This document shows positions 29,599 through 40,234 of a DNA stretch of 64,000 nt, one piece after another; positions within the stretch are counted from its first letter, which is position 1; the number at the start of each line of letters is the position of its first letter. A program made the translations under genes and the position numbers. Under the pieces are notes generated by a model that was given only the letters and a program-made list of their open reading frames with translations, did not search any database and was not told where the DNA came from. This stretch comes from an uncultured Actinomycetes bacterium (lineage in GTDB: Bacteria > Actinomycetota > Actinomycetes > Streptosporangiales > Streptosporangiaceae), in the NCBI GenBank assembly GCA_963798675.1, contig CAWCUJ010000046.1:55390-119389 (forward strand), in the 5' to 3' direction.

Positions 29599-29859
29599 GT
29601 GGCCTGGCAGTCCGGCGACGGAGCGCTCGCGAACGTCGCGCTCGACCGGGCCGCCGCCGACGAGCCGCGGTACTCGATGGCCCTGCTGCTCCGGCAGGTG
29701 ATCAGCGCCGGGGCGCCTCCGTCGCTGGCCAGGCTGCCGATGACACCGGAGGAGGTGGCCGCCAGCTACGACGACGCCGAGGAGAACGACCTGGCGGGGA
29801 GCCATGACCACTACCTGGACCCAGATGTCCACGACCCGGAACCGGCGGGCGAACGATGA
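29599..29859 (+). pseudogene. DUF4192 copy 2, 3' part
   Basis: 7 mismatches over 261 nt against copy 1 (23818-24078). Corresponds to ORF 29596..29859. Confidence 0.8.
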
Positions 29860-29997
29860 GGTCAGGACGATGGCAAAGGGAGAGACCCCGGTTGGCAAGA
29901 TACACTGCCTGGGGCGTTCGTCCAGCTCAGTACGGATCTCGCTCGTTTGCCCGCCCCGGCCGTTTCCATGATGGGTGACAGCCGTTAAACCGGAAGG

Positions 29998-31446
29998 ATG
30001 CCCGTGGTGGATGCTCGCATGACTGCCGACGCGCATGAGGTCGAGGTGGCCCGGTTGCGTGAGGCCTACGCGGCCCTGCCCCCGGGGGCGCCGGTGCGGC
30101 TGGCCAAGCGCACCTCCAACCTGTTCAGGTTCCGTGACGCCGACCCAAAGACCCCGCAGAACCCAAAGATCCCGAAGAGCCCGCTGACTCCCGCGGAGAA
30201 AACCGCGCGGGCTGACCGGGGCCTGGACGTTTCCGCGTTCGGCCACGTGCTTTGCGTTGATCCCGCCACCAGGACGGCGCGGGTCGGAGGCATGACCACC
30301 TACGAGCACCTATGCGACGCGACGCTCAGGCATCAGCTGATGCCGCTCGTGGTGCCCCAGCTCAAGACGATCACTCTCGGCGGCGCGGTCACCGGGCTCG
30401 GCATCGAATCCACCGCGCTGCGCAGCGGGATGCCGCACGAGTCCGTCACCGAGATGGAGATCCTGACCGGCGACGGGCGCGTTATCCGCGCCACCGACGA
30501 CAACGAGCATGCCGACCTGTTCCGCGGCTTCCCGAACTCCTACGGGACGCTGGGCTACTCGCTGTCGCTCACCGTCGAGCTCGAGCCGGTCCAGCCGTTC
30601 GTGCATATTCGCCACTTCCCGTTCGGCACCGCGGCAGCCTGCATGGACGCGATCAGCCAGATCGCCGCGGACGGCAGCTTCCACGGCCACCGGGCGGATT
30701 TCGTCGACGGCACCGCGTTCGGCCCCGATGAGCTTTACCTCACCGTCGGGGCGTTCAGCGACGTGGCGCCGTGGCGCAGCGACTTCACCGGGCAGCAGAT
30801 CTACTACGAATCGGTCCGGCGGGATAAGGAGGACTTCCTGACCATCCGCGACTACCTGTGGCGCTGGGACACCGACTGGTTCTGGTGCTCGCGACCCTTC
30901 GGGGTACAGAAACCTCTGGTCAGAAAGATGTGGCCGCGTCGTTACCGACGCTCGGACGTCTACCGCAAACTGGTCGCCCTGGACCACCGGTATGGCCTCT
31001 TCGACTTCGTGAATGCGCGGCGGCACCTACCGCCACGGGAGAGGGTCATCCAGGACGTAGAGGTCCCGGTCGAACGTGGTGCCGAGTTCCTACGATTTTT
31101 CCAGGAAAAGGTGGGAATGAGTCCGGTGTGGATGTGCCCGCTGCGGCTGCGCGGCGAGCGGATCTGGCCTCTCTATCCCCTACGGCCCGGCGAGGTATAC
31201 GTGAACTTCGGGTTCTGGGGAACCGTGCCGCTGCCCGCGGGCCAGGCCGACGGCTACCACAACCGCCTCGTCGAGGACGAGGTCGCGAGGCTGGACGGGC
31301 ACAAATCGCTGTATTCCACGTCGTTCTACGCCGAGGACGAGTTCTACCGGAAATACAACGGCGAGGCCTACCGCGCGCTCAAGCGCGCCTACGACGGCGA
31401 GGGCCGCCTGCTCGGCCTGTATGAGAAATGCGTCAGGGGACGCTAA
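29998..31446 (+). CDS. bfaA: FAD-binding oxidoreductase, BfaA-like (10-methyl branched fatty acid synthesis)
   Basis: FAD_binding_4-type N-terminus (ITLGGAVTGLGIESTALRSGMPHE, YGTLGY). Immediately followed by a Cfa-family methyltransferase, as in the mycobacterial bfaAB pair. Confidence 0.6.
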   Translation: MPVVDARMTADAHEVEVARLREAYAALPPGAPVRLAKRTSNLFRFRDADPKTPQNPKIPKSPLTPAEKTARADRGLDVSAFGHVLCVDPATRTARVGGMTTYEHLCDATLRHQLMPLVVPQLKTITLGGAVTGLGIESTALRSGMPHESVTEMEILTGDGRVIRATDDNEHADLFRGFPNSYGTLGYSLSLTVELEPVQPFVHIRHFPFGTAAACMDAISQIAADGSFHGHRADFVDGTAFGPDELYLTVGAFSDVAPWRSDFTGQQIYYESVRRDKEDFLTIRDYLWRWDTDWFWCSRPFGVQKPLVRKMWPRRYRRSDVYRKLVALDHRYGLFDFVNARRHLPPRERVIQDVEVPVERGAEFLRFFQEKVGMSPVWMCPLRLRGERIWPLYPLRPGEVYVNFGFWGTVPLPAGQADGYHNRLVEDEVARLDGHKSLYSTSFYAEDEFYRKYNGEAYRALKRAYDGEGRLLGLYEKCVRGR

Positions 31447-31498
31447 GGCATCGGGACGGCAGGGCTGAGGTATCGGACGACAGGAAGGAAAGCGAAGG

Positions 31499-32776
31499 AT
31501 GGCTTTGGCGGAGGTCTTCGAGGCACTCGCGGGGCCTGAAGCCCCGGTGGAGTTCACGGCCTATGACGGCAGCCATGCCGGCGCGGCCGGATCTCCGGTG
31601 AAGATCACGGTCCGCTCGCCGGCGGCCGTGGCCTACCTGGCCCAGGCGCCGGGCGAGCTCGGCCTGGCCCGGGCCTACGTGGCCGGGCACCTGGACGTCG
31701 AAGGGGACATGTACGAGGCGCTGGCCAGGATGACCAAGGCCCAGTCAAGCAGCATGAGCATGGCGGAGAAAATGCGGCTGCTGCAGGCCCTCGGCGGCCC
31801 GAAGCTGCTGCTGCACCGAATGCCGCCCCCGCCGCAGGAAGTCACGCAGACGCGCCGCTGGCTGACCGGTCGGCTGCACTCCAAGAGCCGCGACGCGCGG
31901 GCGATCTCCCATCACTACGACGTCTCCAACCAGTTCTACGAGTGGGTGCTCGGGCCGTCAATGGCGTACACCTGCGCCTGTTATCCCGACCAGAAGGCGA
32001 CCCTGGAAGAGGCGCAGGCGTACAAGTTCGACCTGGTCGCCCGCAAGCTGGGGCTGGGCGAGGGCATGCGACTGCTCGACGTCGGCTGCGGCTGGGGCGG
32101 CATGGTGATGCACGCGGCGCGGGAGTACGGCGTCAAGGCCCTCGGGGTCACGCTGTCCGGCCAGCAGGCCGCCTGGGCCCAAGCGGCGATCGAGCGGGAG
32201 GGGCTGTCCGGACTCGCCGAGGTGCGGCACTTGGACTACCGCGACGTGCCTGAGACCGGCTTCGACGCGGTCAGCTCGATCGGGCTGACCGAGCATGTCG
32301 GCAAGGCGAACCTGCCGTCCTACTTCTCGTTCCTGTACCGGAAGCTGAAGGTTGGCGGACGGCTGCTGAATCACTGCATCACCCGGCCAGACAACATCGA
32401 GCCGCCCATCCGCAAGCGCGGGTTCATCAACCGGTACGTCTTCCCCGACGGCGAGCTTGAAGGGCCCGGCTACCTGATCTCGCTCATGCACGACACCGGC
32501 TTCGAGGTGCGGCACGAGGAGAACCTGCGCGAGCACTACGCCAAGACCCTGGCCGCCTGGGGCGCCAACCTGGACGCGCACTGGAGCGAGGCGGTCAAGG
32601 AGGTCGGCCAGGGCACCGCCAGGGTATGGCGGCTCTATATGGCCGGCTCTCGGCTGGGGTTCGTCCGCGACCACATCGAACTGCACCAGGTGCTGGGAGT
32701 GCGACTGGCTGCGGACGGGACGTCCGGCATGCCGTTGCGGCCCGACTGGGAGCTGCCCCGGGTGCTGGCCAGTTAA
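31499..32776 (+). CDS. bfaB: Cyclopropane-fatty-acyl-phospholipid synthase family SAM methyltransferase, BfaB-like
   Basis: HYDVSNQFYEWVLGPSMAYTCA, LLDVGCGWGG and SIGLTEHVG. Confidence 0.65.
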   Translation: MALAEVFEALAGPEAPVEFTAYDGSHAGAAGSPVKITVRSPAAVAYLAQAPGELGLARAYVAGHLDVEGDMYEALARMTKAQSSSMSMAEKMRLLQALGGPKLLLHRMPPPPQEVTQTRRWLTGRLHSKSRDARAISHHYDVSNQFYEWVLGPSMAYTCACYPDQKATLEEAQAYKFDLVARKLGLGEGMRLLDVGCGWGGMVMHAAREYGVKALGVTLSGQQAAWAQAAIEREGLSGLAEVRHLDYRDVPETGFDAVSSIGLTEHVGKANLPSYFSFLYRKLKVGGRLLNHCITRPDNIEPPIRKRGFINRYVFPDGELEGPGYLISLMHDTGFEVRHEENLREHYAKTLAAWGANLDAHWSEAVKEVGQGTARVWRLYMAGSRLGFVRDHIELHQVLGVRLAADGTSGMPLRPDWELPRVLAS

Positions 32777-35385
32777 TTGGCCGAACGGACCGTAGTTCTC
32801 CCGCCCGCGCCGCTACCAGCCTGGCTGACGGCCGGTCCGGCCGGCCCGGGCGGCTCTGCGGCCCGCATCCGCGGAACAGCGCAGCTGGCCAGCGTGCCCC
32901 CGGTCACCGCAGACCCGGCCGGAGCCAGGAACGGCGTCAGGTCGGCGATGGCCCCCGCCGTGAACAGCGCGGCGATGGCCTTGGCCAGTGCCCAGTCGGC
33001 CTGGACCCCGCCGTCGCCCGGCAGCGTCGTCGGCATAGCGACGGCCGGTACGCCGCCGCATTCGGCGGCCTTAGCGGTCAGCCCGGCCGCCGGCCCGGCG
33101 GTCACGATCAGGTCGGCCAGCTCGGCTGCCTGCGCCATCGCCTGGGCGAACAGCACCGGGCGGCTCATCTGGCCGGCCAGCATCCGGGCGATGTCTTCCT
33201 GCGGCGTAACCAGGTGGCCGGTGATGGTGGAGAACAGCCGCCGCCGCGGCGGCGCGAAACTCGTGCCCGCGAAGACGCACCGCAGCGGGGCGGCGCACCT
33301 CGCCATGGCCGGGGAGTGCATCGGGCTCGTGCCGTCGAGCACCTCGACGGGGACGCCGAGCACCCCGGCCCGCCTGGCCATGTCCCGGATGCCGGCCGTG
33401 GATCCCGCCAGCACGTGCGTCCGGGGTCCCTCGTAGGCGGAGAGGTACAGGCGGCCAGGTGCGCCAAGCGCGCCGGCCATCTCGGCGTCGGCCGTGACGC
33501 GGGCCATCGCGGCCGGCCCGCGGGCGCAGGCCTGCAAGACCTGGCCGCACTGCGCCAGCAGGCGCGCCCCTTCGGCCGAAGATATGCTGCCGGCCCAAGT
33601 GAGCCCGGTGATCTCGGCCAGGCCGTAGCCGACCCCGGCGATCGGCCGGACGCCGAGCATGTCCAGGGTGCCCAGGGCCTGGAGCGAGGCGGCGAACAGC
33701 GCCGGCTGGCCGGCCGCCGATTCGGCGCGCCCGGGAAAGAGCACTACGACCGCGCCGGTCGCGTCGGCCGACATGCGCACGTCCGGCGGCCCGGCGTTGG
33801 CGGCGGCCGGGCCGCTCGTCCTCAGCCGCCAAGCTGCGCACTGAGCGCGGGCGGCCAGCTGGCGCGGGGTGGCCGCAGTCAGGGCGACCCGCAGCGGCGC
33901 CGGGTGATCGCAGGCCTGGACCGCGCCGCTGGCCAACTGGCGGGCGAGCCCGTCAAGTCCGGCGTCCGAGAGCACGGCGGCGCTGGCGGCGATGACGTCG
34001 AGCTGACTAGCCAGCGCGCCAGGATCCCCGCCGCGCAGCGCGAAGACGCGGAGATGCTCCGAGGTATCCACCGCGGCCGGCCTGCGCGGCGCCGTGTGTC
34101 TTCCCGGTACCGGGGGTTCCTGGACGTCGGCCTGATCGGCCCGGCGGCGCCGGCAGGCCCAGCGGTCGGCCTCGCCCTCGCGGCGCAGCACGAGATGGAT
34201 TCCCTCGGCGTCGCGCGGGCCGGAATGCCCAGGCAGCACCGCAGGGTCAGCCATGCCGAGCGAGTTCACCGCGGCGAACCGAGACGGGCGGGCGCGGGTT
34301 CCCGAGCTTTCGTCGGGCCAGGGTTCCGGCCGCGCAGGCAGCCGGAGCAGCCCGTCACCCGATGCGATGAGCGGATGCGGCCGGGTGCAGCCAGGGCCCG
34401 GCGGGATCGTCCCCGTAGCCATCGCCACGGCCGTCTTGACCAGGCTCGCGATGCCTGCCGCCGCCCGGGTGTAACCGATGCCGGCCGAGGCCGCGCCGAG
34501 CGCCGCGACGCCCCGGCCGCCCCGCCTGAGCTGCGTAAGCGCGGTCAGCTCGGCCGAGTCCGCCGCGGCGGTACCGGTGCCCTGGCCCTCGATGAGCTGG
34601 ATGTCCGCCGGATCCACCTCGGCTCGCTGGTAGGCCCGCAGCAGCGCGGGGCCGGCCAGTTCGGGTGCCGAAACGGGCACTACGCTCCAGCCCGTGATCT
34701 CTGCATAGACCGGAACATCCGCTGCCCGGGCGTCTGCGGTGCGGACCAGCACCACCATGCCGCAGCCCTCCCCGGGCAGCAGCCCGGCCGGGTCGGCCGC
34801 GTAGACGCGCATCTCATCGGTGCCCAGCGTGCCTGCCCGGGCCTGCAGCGCTAGCCAGATCGGGTCCAAGCCGAGTTCGGCCCCGCCGGCGACCGCGAGG
34901 TCAAGGTCGCCGGCCTGAAGCGCGGCGGCGGCGGCCGTCACCGCGTGCAGCGAGGACGCCAGCGCCGCGCCCGGGTACGGCCCGCGCGGACCGAATCCGA
35001 ACTCCTCGCGGACCAGCTCGCACACACCCGGCGCGGTGCTCGCGATGATCAGCCCGGTCCGGCTGGTCCCGGCCGCCTCGCGCAGCCCCGCGTCGGTCAG
35101 GGCGAGGGCGGTCATCTCGGCCGCCAGCTTCTGTACCGGGCCTAGGTCCTGCGGCCCGAGCTCGAGCTCACCGAACAGATGGTCATCCGCCGGTACCTGC
35201 GGGACCGTCCAGTCGTCAAGCAGCGCCGCCCGCAGCGGCCGGCCCGGCAGGCCGGCCGCGGGCTGGAACATGCGCCGCCCGGCCACGGCCAGCTCGTGGT
35301 ATTCCGCGGGATCCCGGGCGCCGGGGAACCGGCAGGCCACGCCGATAATCGCCACGGACCCGCCGTGATCCCCCCGACCGCCCAT
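32773..35385 (-). CDS. Type I PKS-like KS-AT didomain protein with all catalytic residues substituted
   Basis: KS N-terminus VAIIGVACRFPGA. GAALASSL replaces DTACSSSL, EGQGTGT replaces EAHGTGT, and IGYTRAAAG replaces IGHTxAAAG. In the AT domain, GVGYGLAE replaces GHSxGE. Confidence 0.8.
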   Translation of the reverse strand: MGGRGDHGGSVAIIGVACRFPGARDPAEYHELAVAGRRMFQPAAGLPGRPLRAALLDDWTVPQVPADDHLFGELELGPQDLGPVQKLAAEMTALALTDAGLREAAGTSRTGLIIASTAPGVCELVREEFGFGPRGPYPGAALASSLHAVTAAAAALQAGDLDLAVAGGAELGLDPIWLALQARAGTLGTDEMRVYAADPAGLLPGEGCGMVVLVRTADARAADVPVYAEITGWSVVPVSAPELAGPALLRAYQRAEVDPADIQLIEGQGTGTAAADSAELTALTQLRRGGRGVAALGAASAGIGYTRAAAGIASLVKTAVAMATGTIPPGPGCTRPHPLIASGDGLLRLPARPEPWPDESSGTRARPSRFAAVNSLGMADPAVLPGHSGPRDAEGIHLVLRREGEADRWACRRRRADQADVQEPPVPGRHTAPRRPAAVDTSEHLRVFALRGGDPGALASQLDVIAASAAVLSDAGLDGLARQLASGAVQACDHPAPLRVALTAATPRQLAARAQCAAWRLRTSGPAAANAGPPDVRMSADATGAVVVLFPGRAESAAGQPALFAASLQALGTLDMLGVRPIAGVGYGLAEITGLTWAGSISSAEGARLLAQCGQVLQACARGPAAMARVTADAEMAGALGAPGRLYLSAYEGPRTHVLAGSTAGIRDMARRAGVLGVPVEVLDGTSPMHSPAMARCAAPLRCVFAGTSFAPPRRRLFSTITGHLVTPQEDIARMLAGQMSRPVLFAQAMAQAAELADLIVTAGPAAGLTAKAAECGGVPAVAMPTTLPGDGGVQADWALAKAIAALFTAGAIADLTPFLAPAGSAVTGGTLASCAVPRMRAAEPPGPAGPAVSQAGSGAGGRTTVRSAN

Positions 35386-35608
35386 TGCTCCTCAGTGACA
35401 GGATTGGTTAGCTGGATTTCCCCCAGTAGGAATAAGTGCTGCTGGCGGTGCCCGTCAAGGGGAATGACGAGACGCGCTGATTTCCGCGCGCGAATGCATT
35501 TCTGGCCCGTCATACGGGCCTTTGGCCGCTATGCGCCCGCGGCGGCGAGGTCCCGGCGTGGCTGGCAGGGGGCGGGATCCAGGCGCCACACCAGCCCCCG
35601 GCCGTCTG

Positions 35609-35690
35609 CCGCCTCGCTCACCGCGGCCGCCTCGCTCACCGCGCCCGCCTCGCTCACCGCGGCTCGCTCACCGCGGCTCGCTCACCGCGG
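35609..35690. repeat. Tandem 14-18-nt repeats (tcgctcaccgcgg core, 5 copies)
   Basis: ccgcctcgctcaccgcgg x3, then ctcgctcaccgcgg x2, in the PKS-like/leuS divergent intergenic region. Confidence 0.8.
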
Positions 35691-35912
35691 CCGCCGGCAG
35701 GCGTGCCCAGGCACACACGCGGGGCGGTTGCGCGGCACGTGCGCTATCCTGTGCCCATGCGTGCCGTCCGGCTGCTTCTTACCTAGCCGCGCCGACTTAC
35801 CGTCGTTGGCGCGGCTGCCCCTCGTCCGGAGGGGCGTTTTCATTGCAGGTGATATCAGCCCAGGGGTAAACGGGGCCTAAATGGGCCGGACCGATTCAAT
35901 GGTGAGGAAACG

Positions 35913-38426
35913 ATGACAGCGGCCGAGAGCGCCGACCTGGCGCAGCGCTATGACCCCCGTGATGTCCAGGAGAAGTGGCAGGCACGCTGGGCGGAGCTTG
36001 ACCCCTTCCGCGCCGGTGCGGATCCCGCCGATCCCCGGGACCGCTTCTACCTGGTGGACATGTTCCCTTATCCGTCTGGTGACCTGCACATGGGCCACGC
36101 CGAGGCGTACGCCATCGGGGACGCCCTCGCCCGCTACTGGTTCCTGCGGGGCCGCAACGTGCTGCACCCGATCGGCTGGGACGCCTTCGGCCTGCCCGCG
36201 GAGAACGCCGCCATCAGGAACAACTCGCATCCGGCCGACTGGACCTACGCCAACATCGAGACCCAGGCCGCCTCGTTCCGGCGGTACGCGACCTCGTTCG
36301 ACTGGAGTCGGCGGCTGCAGACCTGCGATCCCGCGTACTACCGCTGGAATCAGTGGCTGTTCCTGCGGTTCTACGAGCGCGGCCTGGCCTACCGCAGGGA
36401 CGGTTACGTGAACTGGTGCCCGGTGGACCAGACCGTACTGGCCAACGAGCAGGTCATCGCCGGCAAGTGCGAACGCTGCGGCGCCGACGTGGTGCGCCGG
36501 ATGCTGAACCAGTGGTACTTCAAGATCACCGAGTACGCGGACCGGCTGCTCGAGGACGCCAAGCAGCTCGAGGGCTGCTGGCCGGATCGCGTCCTGCTGA
36601 TGCAGCGCAACTGGATCGGCCGCTCGGAGGGCGCCGAAGTCCGCTTCGCCGTGGAAGGCCGCGACGAGCCGGTCACGGTCTTCACCACCCGGCCCGACAC
36701 GCTGTACGGCGCCACGTTCTTCGTGGTGGCGGCCGACTCGCCGCTAGCCGAGCAGATCTGCGCTCCCGATCGCCTGCCCGAGCTGCGTGCCTACGTGGAG
36801 CAGGTCAGGAAGCTGACCGACATCGAGCGCCAGTCCACTGAACGTGAGAAGACCGGGGTCTTCCTGGGCCGCCATGCGATCAACCCGGTGAACGGCGAGC
36901 GGATCCCGGTGTGGGCGGCCGACTACGTGCTGCCCGACTACGGCACCGGCGCGATCATGGCGGTGCCCGCGCACGATCAGCGGGACCTGGACTTCGCCCG
37001 CGCCTACGGGCTCGGCGTCCAGGTCGTGGTGGACACCGGGCAGCCGGATCCGGCACAGACCTGGGTCGCCACCGCGGGCGACGGCACGCTGGTGAACTCC
37101 GGCCCGATCAACGGGCTGCCCAAGGCCGAGGCGATCGCCGCGATCACCGCCATCCTGGCGGAGCGGGGCCAGGGCCAGGCGGCGGTCAACTACCGCCTGC
37201 GGGATTGGCTGGTGTCCAGGCAGCGCTTCTGGGGGACCCCGATCCCGATCGTGCACTGCCCGTCGTGCGGCGAGGTGCCGGTGCCCGACGACCAGCTGCC
37301 GGTGGTGCTGCCCGACCTGCGCGGCCAGGACCTGGTGCCGAGGGGTGTGTCACCGCTGGCCGCGGCCGAGGACTGGGTGAACGTGCCCTGCCCGGCCTGC
37401 GGCGGCCCGGCCAGGCGTGACACCGACACGATGGACACCTTCGTCGACTCGGCCTGGTACATCCTGCGGTACTGCTCGGTCGACTACACCGCCGGGCCCT
37501 TCGACCCGGCCGAAGTCCGCCGCTGGGCGCCGGTGGACATGTACGTGGGCGGCGTCGAGCACGCCATTTTGCACCTGCTGTACAGCAGGTTCTTCACCAA
37601 GATCCTGTACGACATGGGACTGGTCGACTTCACCGAGCCGTTCACCAGGCTGATCAACCAGGGCCAGGTGATCAACCACGGTAAGGCGATGTCCAAGTCG
37701 CTCGGCAACGGTGTCGACCTCGGTGAGCAGATCGAGCGGTTCGGCGTGGACGCGATCCGGTTGACCATGATCTTCGCCAGCCCGCCCGAAGACGACATCG
37801 ACTGGGCGGACATGCACCCGGAAGCCATGGTCAAGTTCCTCGGCCGGGTCTGGCGGATCGCCGCGGACGTGTCCGACGCGGACCAGGGCAGCGGAGGTCC
37901 CGGGGTTTCCGCGGACCAGACGGCCACGGCGGGCGACACCGAGCTGCGCCGGACTATCCACCGGACCATCGACGAGGTCACCCGCCAGGTGGAGGCATAT
38001 CGCCTGAACGTGGCGGTGGCCCGGCTGATGGAGCTGGTCAGCGCCACCCGAAAGGCCATCGACTCCGGGCCTGGCGCGACGGACCCGGCGGTCCGCGAGG
38101 CGGCGGAGGTGCTGGCCGTGCTGCTGTCGCTGTTCGCGCCCTACACCGCCGAGGAGTCCTGGCAGCTGCTCGGGCATAAGCCGTCGGTGGCGCGCGCCAC
38201 CTGGCCGGTCGCGGACCAGGCCTTGCTGACCCTGCAGAAGGTGACCTGCGTGGTGCAGGTCAACGGCAAGGTACGTGACAAGCTAGAGGTCTCGCCGCAG
38301 ATCGGGGAGGACGAACTCCGCGAGCTCGCGCTGGTCGCGCCTGGGGTGGTCCGCACGTTGGGTGAGGCGCAGGTGAGCCGGGTCATCGTGCGGGCGCCCA
38401 AACTGGTCAGCATCGTCGCAGCCTAG
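35913..38426 (+). CDS. leuS: Leucine--tRNA ligase
   Basis: [12 protein letters not shown] (HIGH) and [10 protein letters not shown] (KMSKS); 837 aa. Confidence 0.95.
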   Translation: MTAAESADLAQRYDPRDVQEKWQARWAELDPFRAGADPADPRDRFYLVDMFPYPSGDLHMGHAEAYAIGDALARYWFLRGRNVLHPIGWDAFGLPAENAAIRNNSHPADWTYANIETQAASFRRYATSFDWSRRLQTCDPAYYRWNQWLFLRFYERGLAYRRDGYVNWCPVDQTVLANEQVIAGKCERCGADVVRRMLNQWYFKITEYADRLLEDAKQLEGCWPDRVLLMQRNWIGRSEGAEVRFAVEGRDEPVTVFTTRPDTLYGATFFVVAADSPLAEQICAPDRLPELRAYVEQVRKLTDIERQSTEREKTGVFLGRHAINPVNGERIPVWAADYVLPDYGTGAIMAVPAHDQRDLDFARAYGLGVQVVVDTGQPDPAQTWVATAGDGTLVNSGPINGLPKAEAIAAITAILAERGQGQAAVNYRLRDWLVSRQRFWGTPIPIVHCPSCGEVPVPDDQLPVVLPDLRGQDLVPRGVSPLAAAEDWVNVPCPACGGPARRDTDTMDTFVDSAWYILRYCSVDYTAGPFDPAEVRRWAPVDMYVGGVEHAILHLLYSRFFTKILYDMGLVDFTEPFTRLINQGQVINHGKAMSKSLGNGVDLGEQIERFGVDAIRLTMIFASPPEDDIDWADMHPEAMVKFLGRVWRIAADVSDADQGSGGPGVSADQTATAGDTELRRTIHRTIDEVTRQVEAYRLNVAVARLMELVSATRKAIDSGPGATDPAVREAAEVLAVLLSLFAPYTAEESWQLLGHKPSVARATWPVADQALLTLQKVTCVVQVNGKVRDKLEVSPQIGEDELRELALVAPGVVRTLGEAQVSRVIVRAPKLVSIVAA

Positions 38427-38533
38427 CGCCCCCCTCAGGATTCCCGGTCCGGGATTCCTGGGACAGGCGCCGGGGCGGACGCGTCCGGCCGTTGGTAGCC
38501 CGAACGCCTCCGCACCGCCCGGCAGCTGTGTAC

Positions 38534-39430
38534 TCAGACGCGGCGGAGCACGGCGACGACGCGGCCGAGGATGCTGGCCTCGTCGCCGAGGATCGGCGTG
38601 TAGGCCGGGTTGTGCGGAATCAGCCAGACGTGCCCGTCGCTCTGCTTGAACGTCTTTACCGTCGCCTCGCCGTCCAGCATGGCCGCCACGATCTCGCCGT
38701 TCTCCGCGACCGGCTGCTCCCGGACCACCACCCAGTCCCCGTCGGCGATGGCGGCGTTGATCATCGAATCGCCGGCCACCTTCAGCAGGAACAGCGTGCC
38801 CTCGCCGACCAGCTGCCTGGGCAGCGGGAACACGTCTTCGATCGCCTGCTCGGCTAGGATCGGGCCGCCCGCCGCGATCCGCCCGACCAGCGGCACGTAG
38901 GCCGCCTCCTGCGACGGGATGTCGATGCCGGGGATGTCGCCGGCCTCTTCCTCCTCCCGGCTGGCCTCCCGGCCCGGCGCCGGCCGCACCGCCGGGTGAC
39001 CAGGCAGCCGCACCTCGACCGTCCGCGGCCGGCCCACGTCCCGGTGCAGGTATCCCTTGCGCTGCAGCGTGCTGAGCTGGTACGAGACGCTTGACGTGCT
39101 GGTCAGGCCGACAGCCTCGCCGATCTCGCGCATCGACGGCGGGTAGCCGCGCTTCTGCACCGACTCGCGGATGACCTGGAGCACCTTGCGCTGCCGCCAG
39201 GTCAGCACGTGGTCGGGGTCGGGCTTGTCCGGGGTCTCCGGGATGACGACCGGCACGCTGCCCTTCGGCTTGCGCCCTGGCCGCCCCTTAGGTCTGGGCG
39301 CCTCCGTTGGATCTGTGCCGGAAGCACCGGTTGCGGCGCCTCCCATGGCGGTTTCCTCCATCTGATGACCTTCCGTGTCCGAGTTCTTGCGTGCTGAGTA
39401 GAGAGTAACGGTTCTCGCCCGAGATCCCAA
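38534..39430 (-). CDS. lexA: LexA repressor (chromosomal copy)
   Basis: w[27 protein letters not shown]. Cleavage site [10 protein letters not shown]24 catalytic GDSM and TVKTFK. The likely real start is the internal MEETAMGG (about 39361). Confidence 0.9.
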   Translation of the reverse strand: MGSRARTVTLYSARKNSDTEGHQMEETAMGGAATGASGTDPTEAPRPKGRPGRKPKGSVPVVIPETPDKPDPDHVLTWRQRKVLQVIRESVQKRGYPPSMREIGEAVGLTSTSSVSYQLSTLQRKGYLHRDVGRPRTVEVRLPGHPAVRPAPGREASREEEEAGDIPGIDIPSQEAAYVPLVGRIAAGGPILAEQAIEDVFPLPRQLVGEGTLFLLKVAGDSMINAAIADGDWVVVREQPVAENGEIVAAMLDGEATVKTFKQSDGHVWLIPHNPAYTPILGDEASILGRVVAVLRRV

Positions 39431-39442
39431 ACATCTGTTCGA
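39427..39442. promoter_or_regulatory. SOS (Cheo) box-like site
   Basis: CCAAACATCTGTTCGA versus TCGAAC-N4-GTTCGA. The right half is perfect; the left half matches 4/6. Confidence 0.5.
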
Positions 39443-39544
39443 CGTGTCGCAAAAATGTCAGACCCCCGACGTACAACAGCTACGTACCCCATTCGATCGA
39501 ACAGTAATACGATCGAATGGGTGTACGATCGAACGCATCACGGC

Positions 39545-39560
39545 TCGAACGAAGGTTTGA
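39545..39560. promoter_or_regulatory. SOS (Cheo) box
   Basis: TCGAACGAAGGTTTGA matches the consensus at 11/12, just upstream of the LysM gene RBS. A weaker site, TCGAACAGTAATACGA, lies at 39497-39512. Confidence 0.65.
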
Positions 39561-39574
39561 TCAGGAGGTCCGCC

Positions 39575-40000
39575 ATGGATGCGATGCCAGCAGTGACGCG
39601 GCCCTGTGGTTCCGGGATCCGCCCACGTCACGGCGGTGCGGTGTACCTGGCGCCCCGCCCGCGTCGCGACCCGGCCCGCAGTGGCGCGCCGGATGCCGCG
39701 CTGCGGCTGACCAGGCGGGGCCGAGTGGTGGTCGCGGCTGTCGCCGCGCTGCTTGTGACCCTGGTGTCGCTGCTCGCGGCCGGCGCGGCGCAGGCTACGA
39801 ATCACGCCCTGCCGCCGGGCGTGGCGCGGCAGAACCTCGTCCAGGTGGTCGTCCGCCCGGGTCAGAGCCTGTGGTCGGTGGCCGAGAGCGCGGATCCGGA
39901 CCAGGACACCCGCGCCGTTATCCAGCAGATCGTCGATCTCAACGCGCTGAGCGGCGACCTCGTGTCCGCCGGCCAGCAGCTCTGGGTCCCGCGCGGCTAA
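39575..40000 (+). CDS. LysM-domain protein divergent from lexA (ChiZ/Rv2719c-like position)
   Basis: AGGAGG RBS, one TM span, and a C-terminal LysM domain (VVVRPGQSLWSVAESA...IVDLNALSGDLVSAGQQLWVP). Confidence 0.75.
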   Translation: MDAMPAVTRPCGSGIRPRHGGAVYLAPRPRRDPARSGAPDAALRLTRRGRVVVAAVAALLVTLVSLLAAGAAQATNHALPPGVARQNLVQVVVRPGQSLWSVAESADPDQDTRAVIQQIVDLNALSGDLVSAGQQLWVPRG

Positions 40001-40234
40001 GGTCCCGGGCAACCCGGCAACCCGGCAACCCGGCAAGCCTGAAAACCTCAGCAGCCCGGTAAATCCCGGCAGTCCCGAAAACTCCAGAAAACTCCGCCAC
40101 CCTCAGCAGACGGCAGCCCTCGAAAACACAAGCCGCGACACGCCGGCGCGCCCGCCGCAGCCGCACGGCGGCCGGAGGTTTCGGATTCTCCGCTCGCGCC
40201 CGCTTGCCTCGGGCCGCCCTGGTAGTCTACGGTA

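Noticed and set aside
40005-40036. cccggcaa octamer repeats downstream of the LysM gene as a functional array
   Set aside because: There are only about 3.5 copies of a low-complexity GC-rich unit in a 3' UTR or spacer, and nothing else is associated with them. Simple slippage is the likely cause.
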